Assembly (NCBI GenBank): GCA_040757835.1
Contig: JBFLWJ010000002.1
Location: 127,498 to 191,497, forward strand
Direction: 5' to 3'
DNA: 64,000 bases
Source: Actinomycetota bacterium
GTDB taxonomy: Bacteria > Actinomycetota > Geothermincolia > Geothermincolales > RBG-13-55-18
Of this stretch, positions 19,231-28,598 are shown piece by piece. Position 1 is the first letter of the stretch. The number at the start of each line of letters is the position of its first letter. The notes below the pieces were generated by a model. That model saw nothing but the letters and a program-made list of their open reading frames with translations, ran no database searches and had not been told where the DNA came from. The translations under genes were made by a program, and so were the position numbers.

Positions 19231-20301
19231 TCAGCCGCGCAGGCAGGGGTTGACGAGCAGACGGTAGCGGCCTCCCGGCTCCTCGGCCACCCACCCCCGC
19301 AGGAACATCGCGGTCATGCAGGCCAGGATCTCTCCCGGGGGCACCCCGGCAGCTGCCGCCAGACCGTCCAGGCCCCTGGGCCCTCCTTCCAGGACCCCGA
19401 TGCAGAGCGATTCCAGCGGCGCCAGGGACTTGGCCCCCGCGGTCCCGTCGCCGCGAAGCTCCCGGGGCAAGCACGTGAAAGGCAGTTCCTCGCAGATGTC
19501 CTCGACCTCCATGACCAGCTTGGCCCCCTTCTGGATCAGCCGGTTGGCGCCCAGGGAGAGGGCGCTCCCGATGGGTCCCGGCACCGCCATGACCTCCCGG
19601 CCCTCCTCCAGGGCCATGTCCGCGGTGATCAGCGCCCCGCTCTTCTCCGACGCCTCCACCACCACCACGGCATGGGACATGCCGGCGATGATCCGGTTGC
19701 GGTGCGGGAACCTCCATGCCAACGGGCTCTCCCCCGGGGGGTACTCGCTGAGCACACACCCCGCGGCGGCGATGCGGCGCAGCAGTCCGGCGTGCTCCGG
19801 CGGATAGGCCCTGTCGATGCCGCATCCTAGAACGGCTACTGTGAAGCCACCCGCCTTGAGGCATCCCTGGTGGGCATGGCCGTCCACGCCGTAGGCCGCC
19901 CCGGACACCACCACCACGCCCCTGCCCGCCAGTTCTTCCCCCAGGGACTCGGCCGCCCAGCGGCCGTAGCTGGAGGCCTTGCGCGCTCCCACTACGGCGA
20001 CATACGGGGCATCCGGCGGCGGGGACTGGCCCATCATGAACAGCAGCGCCGGCGGGTCGTAGATGGAGCGCAGCAGTTGTGGGAAGGAGCTGTCCTGCGG
20101 TGAGACCACGGCGATCCCCCTCTCCCGCAGGCCGGCCATGATGCGGGATGGGTCGCTGCCGCGGCACCTCTCGCGCCAGGCCGCCGCCTTCTCCGCGCCC
20201 ACCAGGGACGATGCCCGGTTGCCGCCCGCCTTGAGTACCTCCCATAGCTCGCGCGCGCCGCCCGCCAGCCGCAGCAGGTTTGGCAGAGCCATGGGATTCA
20301 T
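19231..20301 (-). CDS. dprA: DNA processing protein DprA (Smf)
   Basis: Rossmann-like DprA core 'VVGARKASSYGRWAAESLGEELAGRGVVVVSGAAYGVDGHAHQG…'. Start set at 'MNPMALPN' just below the comM stop. Confidence 0.85.
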   Translation of the reverse strand: MNPMALPNLLRLAGGARELWEVLKAGGNRASSLVGAEKAAAWRERCRGSDPSRIMAGLRERGIAVVSPQDSSFPQLLRSIYDPPALLFMMGQSPPPDAPYVAVVGARKASSYGRWAAESLGEELAGRGVVVVSGAAYGVDGHAHQGCLKAGGFTVAVLGCGIDRAYPPEHAGLLRRIAAAGCVLSEYPPGESPLAWRFPHRNRIIAGMSHAVVVVEASEKSGALITADMALEEGREVMAVPGPIGSALSLGANRLIQKGAKLVMEVEDICEELPFTCLPRELRGDGTAGAKSLAPLESLCIGVLEGGPRGLDGLAAAAGVPPGEILACMTAMFLRGWVAEEPGGRYRLLVNPCLRG

Positions 20302-20326
20302 CTGCGGCAGGCAGGCCAGTGCTGCC

Positions 20327-21883
20327 CTATACACCCCGTCCACTGCGCACCTCCCCCACCACCGCCGAACCCCACAGCCTCTCAAGGGAGCGGTACTGTA
20401 CCGCCTCCGCCAGGTCGGCCACGCTTATGTTCTCCCGCCCGGCGAGGTCGGCGATGGTCCTGGCCACGCGCAGGCAGCGGTCGAAGCCGCGCGCGGTAAG
20501 CCCCAAGCGGTCAGCGGCGGTATACATGAACCTCTTTTCCTCCTCGCCCAGGCGGCAGACGGCACGCATCCTCACCAGGTCTACGTGGGCGTTGGTCACC
20601 GTCTTTCCCTGCCACCTCTGCCGCTGACGGTCTCGTGCCCCCATCACCCGCTCGCGCACGCGCTGCGAGGCTTCCCCCGCCGGCAGCTCCACCAGTTCCC
20701 GGGGAGGCAACCGCGGCACCTCCACCTGGAGGTCGATGCGGTCCAGCAGGGGGCCGGAGACGCGGTTGTAATAACGCCTCACCTCGCTGGGCGAGCAGCT
20801 GCACGCACGCTGGTGGTCCCCTAAAAAGCCGCACGGGCAGGGGTTCATCCCCGCCACCAGCAGGAAACGGGCGGGGAAGCCGGTGCAGATGAGGGAGCGC
20901 GAGATGATCACGCGGCCCGTCTCCATGGGCTGTCGCAGAACCTCGAGGGCGTCGCGGCGGAACTCGGGCAGTTCGTCCAGGAAGAGCACGCCGCTGTGGC
21001 TCAGGGTGATCTCCCCCGGCCGCGGGAAGTTGCGCCCCCCTCCCACCAGACCAACGTGGGATATGGAATGGTGGGGCGCCCGGAAGGGCGGGTTCACGCA
21101 CAGCGGCTTCGCGGGGTCGAGGAGCCCCGCCACGCTGTGGATGCTGGAGACCTCGAGGACCTCGTCCGGGTCGAGGGGGGGCAGCACGCCGGGTAGCCTC
21201 TCCGCCAGCATGGATTTGCCGGAGCCGGGAGGGCCGATAAAGAGCAGGTTGTGAAATCCAGCGGCCGCTATCTCCAGGGCCCGCTTCGCCTGCAGCTGCC
21301 CCTTTACCTCCGAGAGGCAGGGCTGGTCCTCTGCGCCGCCCCCGCACGTGACCCGGGGTGGCTGTGGGACCTCTTCCCCTTGCAGGTAATCCAGGGCCTC
21401 CCACAGGGTGCCCACGCCGGTGACCCTTATCCCTTCGATACGGGACGCCTCTCCCAGGTTCTGGCGGGGGACGATGATCTCCTTTCTCCCCTGGCGCCTG
21501 GCCCACAGGGCCATGGCCAGGGACCCCCGCACCCCCCGCACCCTGCCGTCAAGTGCCAGCTCCCCCACCACCATGCGCCCCGCGAGCGACTCCGGCTCGA
21601 CGCTGCCGGAGACCGCCAGGATGGCCAGGGCGATGGGGAGGTCGAAGTTCGACCCCTCCTTGCGCAGGTGCGCCGGGGCCAGGTTGACGGTTATGAGCTG
21701 GCCACAGAACTGCAGGCCGGAATTGGCCACCGCGGCCTTGATGCGGCGGTAGGACTCCCGCACCGCCGCGTCCGGCAGCCCGACCATGTAGATACCGGGG
21801 AGGCTGCCGGAGGTGTTCACCTCCACCTCCACCTTGACGACCTCCATCCCCAGGATGGAGCAGCTGTCCACTCTTGCGAACAC
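20327..21883 (-). CDS. comM: YifB/ComM-family Mg-chelatase-like AAA+ ATPase
   Basis: Lon-like N-domain, Walker A 'IGPPGSGKSML', Walker B 'VLFLDELPEF', C-terminal Mg-chelatase domain. Confidence 0.85.
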   Translation of the reverse strand: MFARVDSCSILGMEVVKVEVEVNTSGSLPGIYMVGLPDAAVRESYRRIKAAVANSGLQFCGQLITVNLAPAHLRKEGSNFDLPIALAILAVSGSVEPESLAGRMVVGELALDGRVRGVRGSLAMALWARRQGRKEIIVPRQNLGEASRIEGIRVTGVGTLWEALDYLQGEEVPQPPRVTCGGGAEDQPCLSEVKGQLQAKRALEIAAAGFHNLLFIGPPGSGKSMLAERLPGVLPPLDPDEVLEVSSIHSVAGLLDPAKPLCVNPPFRAPHHSISHVGLVGGGRNFPRPGEITLSHSGVLFLDELPEFRRDALEVLRQPMETGRVIISRSLICTGFPARFLLVAGMNPCPCGFLGDHQRACSCSPSEVRRYYNRVSGPLLDRIDLQVEVPRLPPRELVELPAGEASQRVRERVMGARDRQRQRWQGKTVTNAHVDLVRMRAVCRLGEEEKRFMYTAADRLGLTARGFDRCLRVARTIADLAGRENISVADLAEAVQYRSLERLWGSAVVGEVRSGRGV

Positions 21884-21978
21884 GCCATCACCTCCTATAC
21901 ATGTTATTCATATTGTATAAGATGGTGATGACAGCCAACGTACTTCGTGGGGAGCGAGGAGAACCTGTCCGGTTGAGG

Positions 21979-22551
21979 CTACGGGTTCGCGGTCTCGGCG
22001 TAGGTGCGGCGCGCGGCCATCCAGGAGACGAACATGGCCAGCACGATGACGGCGAGGAACCCCCACCAGTAGCTGGCCAGGAAGTCCCAGGCCCCCGAGA
22101 TGTAACCCCGGCTGGAGAGGAACCACAGCGCCGGAGGGGTGCAGACCCCCAGGATGATGAGGTTGGATATGAGGGATACCCACATGCCCCTCATGCCCAC
22201 CTTGCGCGAGGTCTTGGCGTCGGGATAGCAGAGGGCGAAGAGGACCGCCAGCCCCAGGAAACCGAGGGCGACCAGGGCCACGGTGGAATTGTCATAACTC
22301 ACCCAGATGGCGATGAGCGCGAAGATGAAGAAGGCCCCCAGCGCCAGCAGCACGAACAGGGCCTTGCGCACCAGGGACGCCAACACCAGCCTGAGCATCG
22401 ACGGGGGCCGGTGCACGCGGATGCGCCTTATCTCCTCCTCGTATTCGAACGCCTCCTCCTCCCCGGGCACGGCGTCGAGGTCCCGCTCGCAGTTGAAGCA
22501 GTATTCGTCGCTGTCGAGGTTGTTCCTCCCGCACCAGGGGCAGGCTTTCAT
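21979..22551 (-). CDS. zinc-ribbon membrane protein, unknown function
   Basis: N-terminal 'CPWCG…CFNCE' zinc ribbon followed by four predicted TM helices. No family recognised. Confidence 0.4.
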   Translation of the reverse strand: MKACPWCGRNNLDSDEYCFNCERDLDAVPGEEEAFEYEEEIRRIRVHRPPSMLRLVLASLVRKALFVLLALGAFFIFALIAIWVSYDNSTVALVALGFLGLAVLFALCYPDAKTSRKVGMRGMWVSLISNLIILGVCTPPALWFLSSRGYISGAWDFLASYWWGFLAVIVLAMFVSWMAARRTYAETANP

Positions 22552-22606
22552 GCTTTCACGCTCTCCGTTCCGTATCTCGTGCGCGCCACCCCTCGCCGGG
22601 ACGGCG

Positions 22607-22972
22607 TTACAGGTCCCCGATCTCGAAGGCGTCTTCCACGTGGACTATTTTCCACGTGGCGCCGCTCTTCAGCAAGGCGATCACGTCGAAGCGGCAGCCT
22701 GTGTTCCCCCCTCCCCGCTCCGCGAGGTAGTGGGAAGCGGCCCGCGCCATGCGCCCTTGCCGTTTCGCGTCCACCGCTCCCAGTACCTCCTCGAAGTCCC
22801 CCAGCGAGCGCGCCTTGACCTCGCAGAAGACCGTCATCCCCCGCCGGCTGGCCACGATGTCCAGCTCACCGAAGCGGCAGCGGTAATTCCTATCAATGAT
22901 ACGATAACCCTTGCGCCGCAGAAAGGCGCAGGCGGCATCCTCTCCCGCCATGCCGAGTTCCCGCTTGGACAT
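22607..22972 (-). CDS. yraN: YraN-family (UPF0102) endonuclease
   Basis: 'GEDAACAFLRRKGYRIIDRNYRCRFGELDIVA…CEVKAR' PD-(D/E)xK-like YraN signature. Start trimmed to internal Met. Confidence 0.7.
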   Translation of the reverse strand: MSKRELGMAGEDAACAFLRRKGYRIIDRNYRCRFGELDIVASRRGMTVFCEVKARSLGDFEEVLGAVDAKRQGRMARAASHYLAERGGGNTGCRFDVIALLKSGATWKIVHVEDAFEIGDL

Positions 22973-23000
22973 GACCGATCCCGTCTTTCTTCCCAGGGGG

Positions 23001-23678
23001 TCACCTTGCGCCGCCGTCCCCGTCCCAGGCCATCTCCATCTGCAGCACGCCGTGGAAGGAGCTGCGGTGGCACGGCGAGGGGCCATGGGCGGCGAGGGCT
23101 TTCAGGTGATGCTCCGTGCCGTAACCCTTGTTGCTGTCGAAACCGTACTGTGGGTAGAGCAGCGACCAGTGCCACATAAGCCCGTCACGTATGACCTTGG
23201 CCAGGATGGACGCGGCGGCGATGCTGCGGCACACCGCGTCTCCGTGGGCCAGGCCCCACTGCGGTATGGGCAATCCCTCGATGCGGTAGTAGTCCACCAT
23301 CACCAGCCCGGGCGCGGGCTCGAGGGCGAGCACCGCCTCGCGCATGGCGGCCATGTTCGCGGCCTGCAGCCCACCGCCATCTATCTGCGAAGGCGGTATG
23401 CAGGCGAAGGACCAGTCGACGGCGACGGCCACGATCTGCCTGAAGAGCCGCCGGCGCACTTCCGCGGAGAGCTGCTTGGAATCGGTGAGACCCTCCAGGC
23501 CTTCCAGTTCACCCCTTGCGGGAAGGATGACCGCCGCCGCCACAAGCGGTCCCGCCAGGGCCCCCCTGCCGGCCTCATCGGTGCCGGCGATATACCGGTA
23601 GCCCAGTCTCCACGCCCATCTTTCGGCGGTGATGCCGGCGGTCGCCAATCCCGCTACCCCGCCTACAGCGTTGACCAT
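23001..23678 (-). CDS. rnhB: ribonuclease HII
   Basis: 'IAGTDEAGRGALAGPLVAAAVIL' RNase HII active-site motif. Start trimmed. Confidence 0.85.
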   Translation of the reverse strand: MVNAVGGVAGLATAGITAERWAWRLGYRYIAGTDEAGRGALAGPLVAAAVILPARGELEGLEGLTDSKQLSAEVRRRLFRQIVAVAVDWSFACIPPSQIDGGGLQAANMAAMREAVLALEPAPGLVMVDYYRIEGLPIPQWGLAHGDAVCRSIAAASILAKVIRDGLMWHWSLLYPQYGFDSNKGYGTEHHLKALAAHGPSPCHRSSFHGVLQMEMAWDGDGGAR

Positions 23679-24376
23679 CTGCTCGGAGGCCACCAGACGA
23701 GTACGCCCCTCCCGATCACCGCCTGCAGTGGAACGAACCCCCAGCGCCGGCTGTCGTTGGAGTTGGGACGGTTGTCTCCCATGACCATGACCGTCCCTTC
23801 CGGTACCTCCCACTTGCCGTTGTCGTTGTCCTTTACGTATTCGTAGCCGGCCTCATAGGGCTCGCCGTTGACGAAAAGGACCCCATCGCGCAGCTCGACG
23901 GTGTCACCTCCCACCCCCACCACCCGCTTGATGAACGGCAGGGACTCCTGGTGGGTGATGTTGAGTATCTCGGCCAAAAGGTCCAGGGAACGGGTGAGGC
24001 CGTTGCTCCCCTGGGTCCAGTTGGCGGTGTCGTTGGGGTCGAATCGGAAGACGATGACCTCGCCGCGGCGGGGTTCGCGGAAGTGGTAGGTCATGCGGTC
24101 CACCAGCACGCGGTCTCCCTCCTGGAGGGTGGGCTCCATGGAGGGCGACGGTATCATGAAAGGTTTGATCGCGAAGGCCTGCAGATAGATGGCGATGACC
24201 AGGGCGATGATGAAGAGCACCGCGAACTCCAGGACGAGTGCTATCAGGTGTTCGCGAGAGCGGTCATCCTTGGGTCTCCGGGGAGGTCCGCCGTCGTCCG
24301 CGGTCCCTGGACGCGGCCAGACGTTCTCGTCTTGCCCTTCCTCCCCGGAAGGTTCCTCTAGCGGGTCTTGGGACAT
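23663..24376 (-). CDS. lepB: signal peptidase I
   Basis: TM anchor, catalytic 'PSPSMEPTL' (Ser) box and 'GDNRPNSNDSRRWG' box. Confidence 0.85.
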   Translation of the reverse strand: MSQDPLEEPSGEEGQDENVWPRPGTADDGGPPRRPKDDRSREHLIALVLEFAVLFIIALVIAIYLQAFAIKPFMIPSPSMEPTLQEGDRVLVDRMTYHFREPRRGEVIVFRFDPNDTANWTQGSNGLTRSLDLLAEILNITHQESLPFIKRVVGVGGDTVELRDGVLFVNGEPYEAGYEYVKDNDNGKWEVPEGTVMVMGDNRPNSNDSRRWGFVPLQAVIGRGVLVWWPPSRWSTL

Positions 24377-24387
24377 GAGGTCTCGAT

Positions 24388-24735
24388 TCAGGTCCTGCGC
24401 TTCTCCTTGACCTTTGCGGCCTTTCCGACCCGGTCCCTGAGATAGTAGAGTTTAGCGCGCCTCACCCTGCCCTGCGTGACCACCTCGATCCTGGAGATGA
24501 TAGGCGAATGGAGGGGGAAGGTGCGCTCCACCCCTATCCCGAAGGACACCTTGCGCACCGTGAAGGTCTCGCGTGCGCCGCCGCCCTTGCGGGCGATGAC
24601 CACGCCCTGGAAGACCTGGATGCGCTCCCGGTTTCCCTCCACTACCCTGACGTGGACCTTTACCGTGTCTCCGGGCCGGAAGTCCGGTATGTCATCCCGT
24701 AGGTATTCACTCTCTATGATGTCCGTCTTCTGCAT
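24388..24735 (-). CDS. rplS: 50S ribosomal protein L19
   Basis: 115 aa, full-length L19 match. Confidence 0.95.
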   Translation of the reverse strand: MQKTDIIESEYLRDDIPDFRPGDTVKVHVRVVEGNRERIQVFQGVVIARKGGGARETFTVRKVSFGIGVERTFPLHSPIISRIEVVTQGRVRRAKLYYLRDRVGKAAKVKEKRRT

Positions 24736-24903
24736 CGTGTTCCTCCTCTCGGCTATTATTACAACCCATCACCATACCGTTCCGCAAGGCCTCAGGTGCG
24801 GGCACAATACGCTATTCTACTCCAAGTCCGGAAAAAAGTACCCCCCGTTCCCCGCTCCTCCCCGCCCACGCCTCCAGACGGGACAGCGCGCATTTCACTC
24901 TCT

Positions 24904-25620
24904 CTACCCCTCACCGGCGGCAAGGCCGGGCATCTCGGGACGCACCTTCCGCGTCCATTCCCTGGCCTGTTCCCGCCGCCAGGCGTCCACGGCGCCGTGG
25001 TCTCCCGACACCAGCACCTCCGGGACCCGCCAGCCGCGAAACTCGGCCGGGCGCGTGTATTGCGGATACTCCAGCAGCCCGCGGGAGAAGGACTCGTCCG
25101 CGAGGGATTCCTCGTTGCCCACCACCCCCGGGACCAGGCGGGAGACCGCATCTATGACCACCAGAGCGGCGAATTCCCCTCCGGAGAGAACGTAGTCCCC
25201 CACGGAGACGGCATCATTGCAGAGGTGCTCCATCACCCTCTCGTCAACCCCCTCGTAGCGTCCGCAGATGAGGGCGAGATGGGGCCGGGAGGCGAACTCG
25301 CGCGCCACCGCCTGGTCGAACCTGCGCCCGCGCGGCGTAAGCATGATCACCCGTACCTGCTCCTGTAGCTCCTCCAGTTCATCCATGCCGTAGCCCAGGG
25401 TAGCGGTCACCGCCGCGAACACCGGCTCGGGTTTTAAAACCATGCCCGGCCCTCCCCCGAAGGGAGCGTCGTCAACCTGGCGGTGGCGGCCCTCGGCGTA
25501 TTCCCTGATATCGTGCACCCTTATGTCCAGGGTGCCGGCGCGCGCCGCCTTGCCCAGAAGGGCCTCCTCCAGGGGGGAGGAGAAGATGGCCGGGAAGATG
25601 GTGTAGACGTCGATGCGCAC
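24904..25620 (-). CDS. trmD: tRNA (guanine37-N1)-methyltransferase
   Basis: 'RIDVYTIFP…' SPOUT fold. GTG start (VRIDV) overlaps the rimM stop. Track ORF over-extended to 25791. Confidence 0.9.
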   Translation of the reverse strand: MRIDVYTIFPAIFSSPLEEALLGKAARAGTLDIRVHDIREYAEGRHRQVDDAPFGGGPGMVLKPEPVFAAVTATLGYGMDELEELQEQVRVIMLTPRGRRFDQAVAREFASRPHLALICGRYEGVDERVMEHLCNDAVSVGDYVLSGGEFAALVVIDAVSRLVPGVVGNEESLADESFSRGLLEYPQYTRPAEFRGWRVPEVLVSGDHGAVDAWRREQAREWTRKVRPEMPGLAAGEG

Positions 25621-25622
25621 TT

Positions 25623-26147
25623 CTACTCCTCCAGCAATCCCGGCAGGGGTTCTATGGTCACGGCCCCCTGCTCGATGTCTATCTCCTTTACCACCTCGCC
25701 GGTCATGGGTATGAGGCACTCCACCTTCCCCCGGACCACCAGGACGTCGTTGGCCCCGGTCTCGAGCACCTCTGCTACCTCTCCCAGGCACCTGCCGTCG
25801 CGCGTGCGGACCTCCAGGCCCAGGAGCTGGTGCTCCCAGAACGACCCCGGCGGCGCTTCGCCCACCTCGGACGGCTCCACCAGGAGCAGGCGCCCCGACA
25901 GCTCGTTTGCCTCCTCGCGGTCCTGCAGCCCGCGGAACTTAACCAGCAGCACGCCGGATCCCTCGCGCACCTCCTCCAGGAGAAGCCTCTCCCCGGCCTC
26001 CTCCCCTTCCAGGATAAAGGAGTTGCCGGGCTGGAAGCGGCGGGGGTTCGCCGAAAGCGGCACGACCTTGACCCAGCCGAGGACGCCGTAGGGCTTGATC
26101 ACCCTGCCGGTGATGACATGAGAGCTATGCTCGCGTCGCTTGGGCAT
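25623..26147 (-). CDS. rimM: 16S rRNA processing protein RimM
   Basis: 'VITGRVIKPYGVLGWVKV' RimM N-domain plus PRC barrel. Confidence 0.85.
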   Translation of the reverse strand: MPKRREHSSHVITGRVIKPYGVLGWVKVVPLSANPRRFQPGNSFILEGEEAGERLLLEEVREGSGVLLVKFRGLQDREEANELSGRLLLVEPSEVGEAPPGSFWEHQLLGLEVRTRDGRCLGEVAEVLETGANDVLVVRGKVECLIPMTGEVVKEIDIEQGAVTIEPLPGLLEE

Positions 26148-26152
26148 GGGGA

Positions 26153-26383
26153 TCAGTCTATGATCTCGACGATGGCGTTGCGTCCCTCTTTGGTCGCCGA
26201 AGCCTTTACCAGGGTGCGCATGGCCTGTGCTATGCGCCCCTTCTTGCCTATGACCTTGCCCACGTCGTCGGGGTCCACGCGCAGCTGGAGGATGATCGAC
26301 CTCTCACCTTCCACCGAGGTGACCTCGACGCCATCCGGGTTGTCGACGAGCGCACGCGCCAGGTACTCGAGAAGGTCTTTCAT
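26153..26383 (-). CDS. KH-domain RNA-binding protein (YlqC/UPF0109-like)
   Basis: 'VGKVIGKKGRIAQAMRTL' KH GXXG motif. Conserved rpsP–KH–rimM–trmD–rplS order. Confidence 0.7.
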   Translation of the reverse strand: MKDLLEYLARALVDNPDGVEVTSVEGERSIILQLRVDPDDVGKVIGKKGRIAQAMRTLVKASATKEGRNAIVEIID

Positions 26384-26408
26384 GTCCGCTTCCTGGCCGG
26401 TCGCCTGC

Positions 26409-26675
26409 TCACTTGCCACTTTTCTCCTCCTGGAACTTCTGCCATATCCCCTTGATCTGCATGAGCTTGCGTACCTGGTCGGTGGGCTGCGCTCCCTCGC
26501 GCAGCCACTTCAGTGCCTTCTCCTCGTCGATCTCGATCATGGATGGTTCCTGGCGGGGGTCGTAGCTGCCGAGGGTCTCGAGGAACCGGCCGTCCCGGGG
26601 GCTGCGCGAGTCCGCGGCGACCACCCGGTAATAGGGCTTCTTCTTGCCCCCCATCCTCCTGAGCCTTAGCTTAAC
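26409..26675 (-). CDS. rpsP: 30S ribosomal protein S16
   Basis: '[19 protein letters not shown]' S16 N-terminus (GTG start). Confidence 0.9.
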   Translation of the reverse strand, partial: VKLRLRRMGGKKKPYYRVVAADSRSPRDGRFLETLGSYDPRQEPSMIEIDEEKALKWLREGAQPTDQVRKLMQIKGIWQKFQEEKSGK

Positions 26676-26730
26676 CAATTTAGACCGCACTCCTTTCGAT
26701 CGTGTACTTCCCGCATATCTCGCGGATCCG

Positions 26731-28059
26731 CTACAACTGGAAGGGAAACGCCTGCCCCATCTTGCGGGGGGACATCTTCCCGAATTGCTTGACCAGCTTC
26801 TGCATCTGCGCGAACTGCTGGAGCAGCCGGTTCACGTCCTGGGTGCTGGTGCCGCTGCCCCGGGCGATCCGCTGCTTGCGGCTGGAGCCGATGATCTGGG
26901 GCTTGCGCCGTTCCTCCGGGGTCATGGACTGGATGATCGCCTCCACCTTCTTTATCTGTCCCTCGTCCACCTGCAGGCCTTTGAGCTTGGAGGACGAGAT
27001 GCCCGGTATCATGCCCAGGATCTGGTCCAGTGGCCCCATCTTCTTGAGCTGCTCCATCTGGTCCAGGAAATCCTCCAGGGTGAACTGCTGTTTGCGCAGT
27101 TTCTTCTCCAGCTCCTGGGCCTTCTGCTCGTCGTAGGTGGACTGTGCTTTCTCGATGAGGGTGAGCATGTCGCCCATGCCCAAGATGCGCGAGGCCATGC
27201 GGTCGGGGTAGAAGGGCTCCAGGTCCCCTATCTTCTCCCCCACGCTGGCGAACTTCACCGGTTTGCCGGTGACGGACTTGATGGACAGGGCGGCCCCGCC
27301 ACGCGCGTCTCCGTCCAGCTTGGTGAGGATGATGCCGTCGAAGCCCACCTCTTCGACGAAGGCCTGCGCCACGTTCACCGCGTCCTGCCCGGTCATGGCG
27401 TCCACCACCAGCAGGGTCTCCGAGGGCGGGAACTCCCGCTTGATGCGCACCAGCTCCTGCATCATCTCCTCGTCTATATGGAGCCGTCCCGCGGTGTCTA
27501 TCAGCACCGTGTCCAGCCCCTCCTTCTCGGCCTTTCTCAAGCCGGCCTCCACGATGGCTTCCGGCCTGGCAGAGCGGTCGGAGTAGACCTCGATCCCCGC
27601 CTGTTCACCGAGCCTCTCGAGCTGGTCGATGGCCGCCGGGCGGTAGACGTCCGCGGCCACCATCATGGGGTGCCTCCCCTGGTTCTTCAGGTGTACCGCC
27701 AGCTTGGCCGTGGCGGTGGTCTTGCCCGACCCCTGCAGGCCGACGAGCATCACCGCCACCGGTACGCGCCCGCCGAAGTTGATCTTCTCGTTGGAACTGC
27801 CCAGCAGCGCTGTCAGCTCCTCGTCCACGATCTTGATGACCTGCTGGGCGGGGGTGAGGGAGCGCAGCACCTCCTCTCCCACCGCGCGCTCCTGTACGCG
27901 GGCCACGAAGTCCTTGACCACCTTGAAGTTTACGTCCGCCTCCAGCAAGGCCAGGCGTATCTCGCGCATCACCTCTGCCACCTGCTTCTCGGACAGCTTG
28001 CCGTGTCCGCGCAGGCGCTTGAAGATGCCCTGGAGCCGGTCGCTCAGGTTATCGAACAT
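26731..28059 (-). CDS. ffh: signal recognition particle protein Ffh
   Basis: N domain, SRP GTPase G domain ('[10 protein letters not shown]'), M domain. Confidence 0.95.
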   Translation of the reverse strand: MFDNLSDRLQGIFKRLRGHGKLSEKQVAEVMREIRLALLEADVNFKVVKDFVARVQERAVGEEVLRSLTPAQQVIKIVDEELTALLGSSNEKINFGGRVPVAVMLVGLQGSGKTTATAKLAVHLKNQGRHPMMVAADVYRPAAIDQLERLGEQAGIEVYSDRSARPEAIVEAGLRKAEKEGLDTVLIDTAGRLHIDEEMMQELVRIKREFPPSETLLVVDAMTGQDAVNVAQAFVEEVGFDGIILTKLDGDARGGAALSIKSVTGKPVKFASVGEKIGDLEPFYPDRMASRILGMGDMLTLIEKAQSTYDEQKAQELEKKLRKQQFTLEDFLDQMEQLKKMGPLDQILGMIPGISSSKLKGLQVDEGQIKKVEAIIQSMTPEERRKPQIIGSSRKQRIARGSGTSTQDVNRLLQQFAQMQKLVKQFGKMSPRKMGQAFPFQL

Positions 28060-28201
28060 CCGCCATCTCCCTCGTCTCCGCCTTAACCCGGTGGTGCCGG
28101 GAACTTTTTCCCATATTTCCTGGCGGGCTCATTCGACCACTAAATAATTAAACTTATCGGAAAGGTCGGGCATTGTCAAAGATAACCGCAGCTCATGGGG
28201 C

Positions 28202-28588
28202 TTAAGACCAACCGTATTGCTCTACGCATGATGCCGGGACCCACCCCCGTCTGCCGCCGCTGTCCACGCACCACAGCCACCCCCCAACCTCCTCCAGCGC
28301 TTCCAGAACGTCCCCGGTGTCCACGGTAAGCTCGGTGGAGTCGTAGTCGCGCAAGGCGACACAGGAATCGCCACACTTCTCGATGAAGGTGTCCGGAACC
28401 CAGGCCCCCGTCTGCGCGGTGTCGACGCACCAGGTCCAACCGGGCCATAGAGTCTCCCGCTCCTCCCTGCCAAGCGTGTCACCCGCTCTAAAGACCACCG
28501 TATAATCGAAGGAGGCCCGGTGAGCGGCGATGACCCGGCACGTGTGTCCGGCAAGGCTTTCCGTCGTCTCCTTTTCCTCTTCCGACAT
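28202..28588 (-). CDS. tandem SH3-like domain protein
   Basis: Two ~55-aa repeats with bacterial SH3 hallmarks ('GDTL…WTWCVD…GAWVPDTFIE', 'GDVL…WLWCVD…RGWVPASCVE'). Start set after the ftsY stop (MSEEEK…). Confidence 0.5.
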   Translation of the reverse strand: MSEEEKETTESLAGHTCRVIAAHRASFDYTVVFRAGDTLGREERETLWPGWTWCVDTAQTGAWVPDTFIEKCGDSCVALRDYDSTELTVDTGDVLEALEEVGGWLWCVDSGGRRGWVPASCVEQYGWS

Positions 28589-28598
28589 ACGTTCTACC

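Noticed and set aside
15625-28180. Recurrent 'ATTGTCAA' motif (15635, 19155, 28172)
   Set aside because: It is simply the reverse complement of the sigma70 -35 hexamer TTGACA on the minus (coding) strand, located upstream of genes. It is not a novel repeated element.
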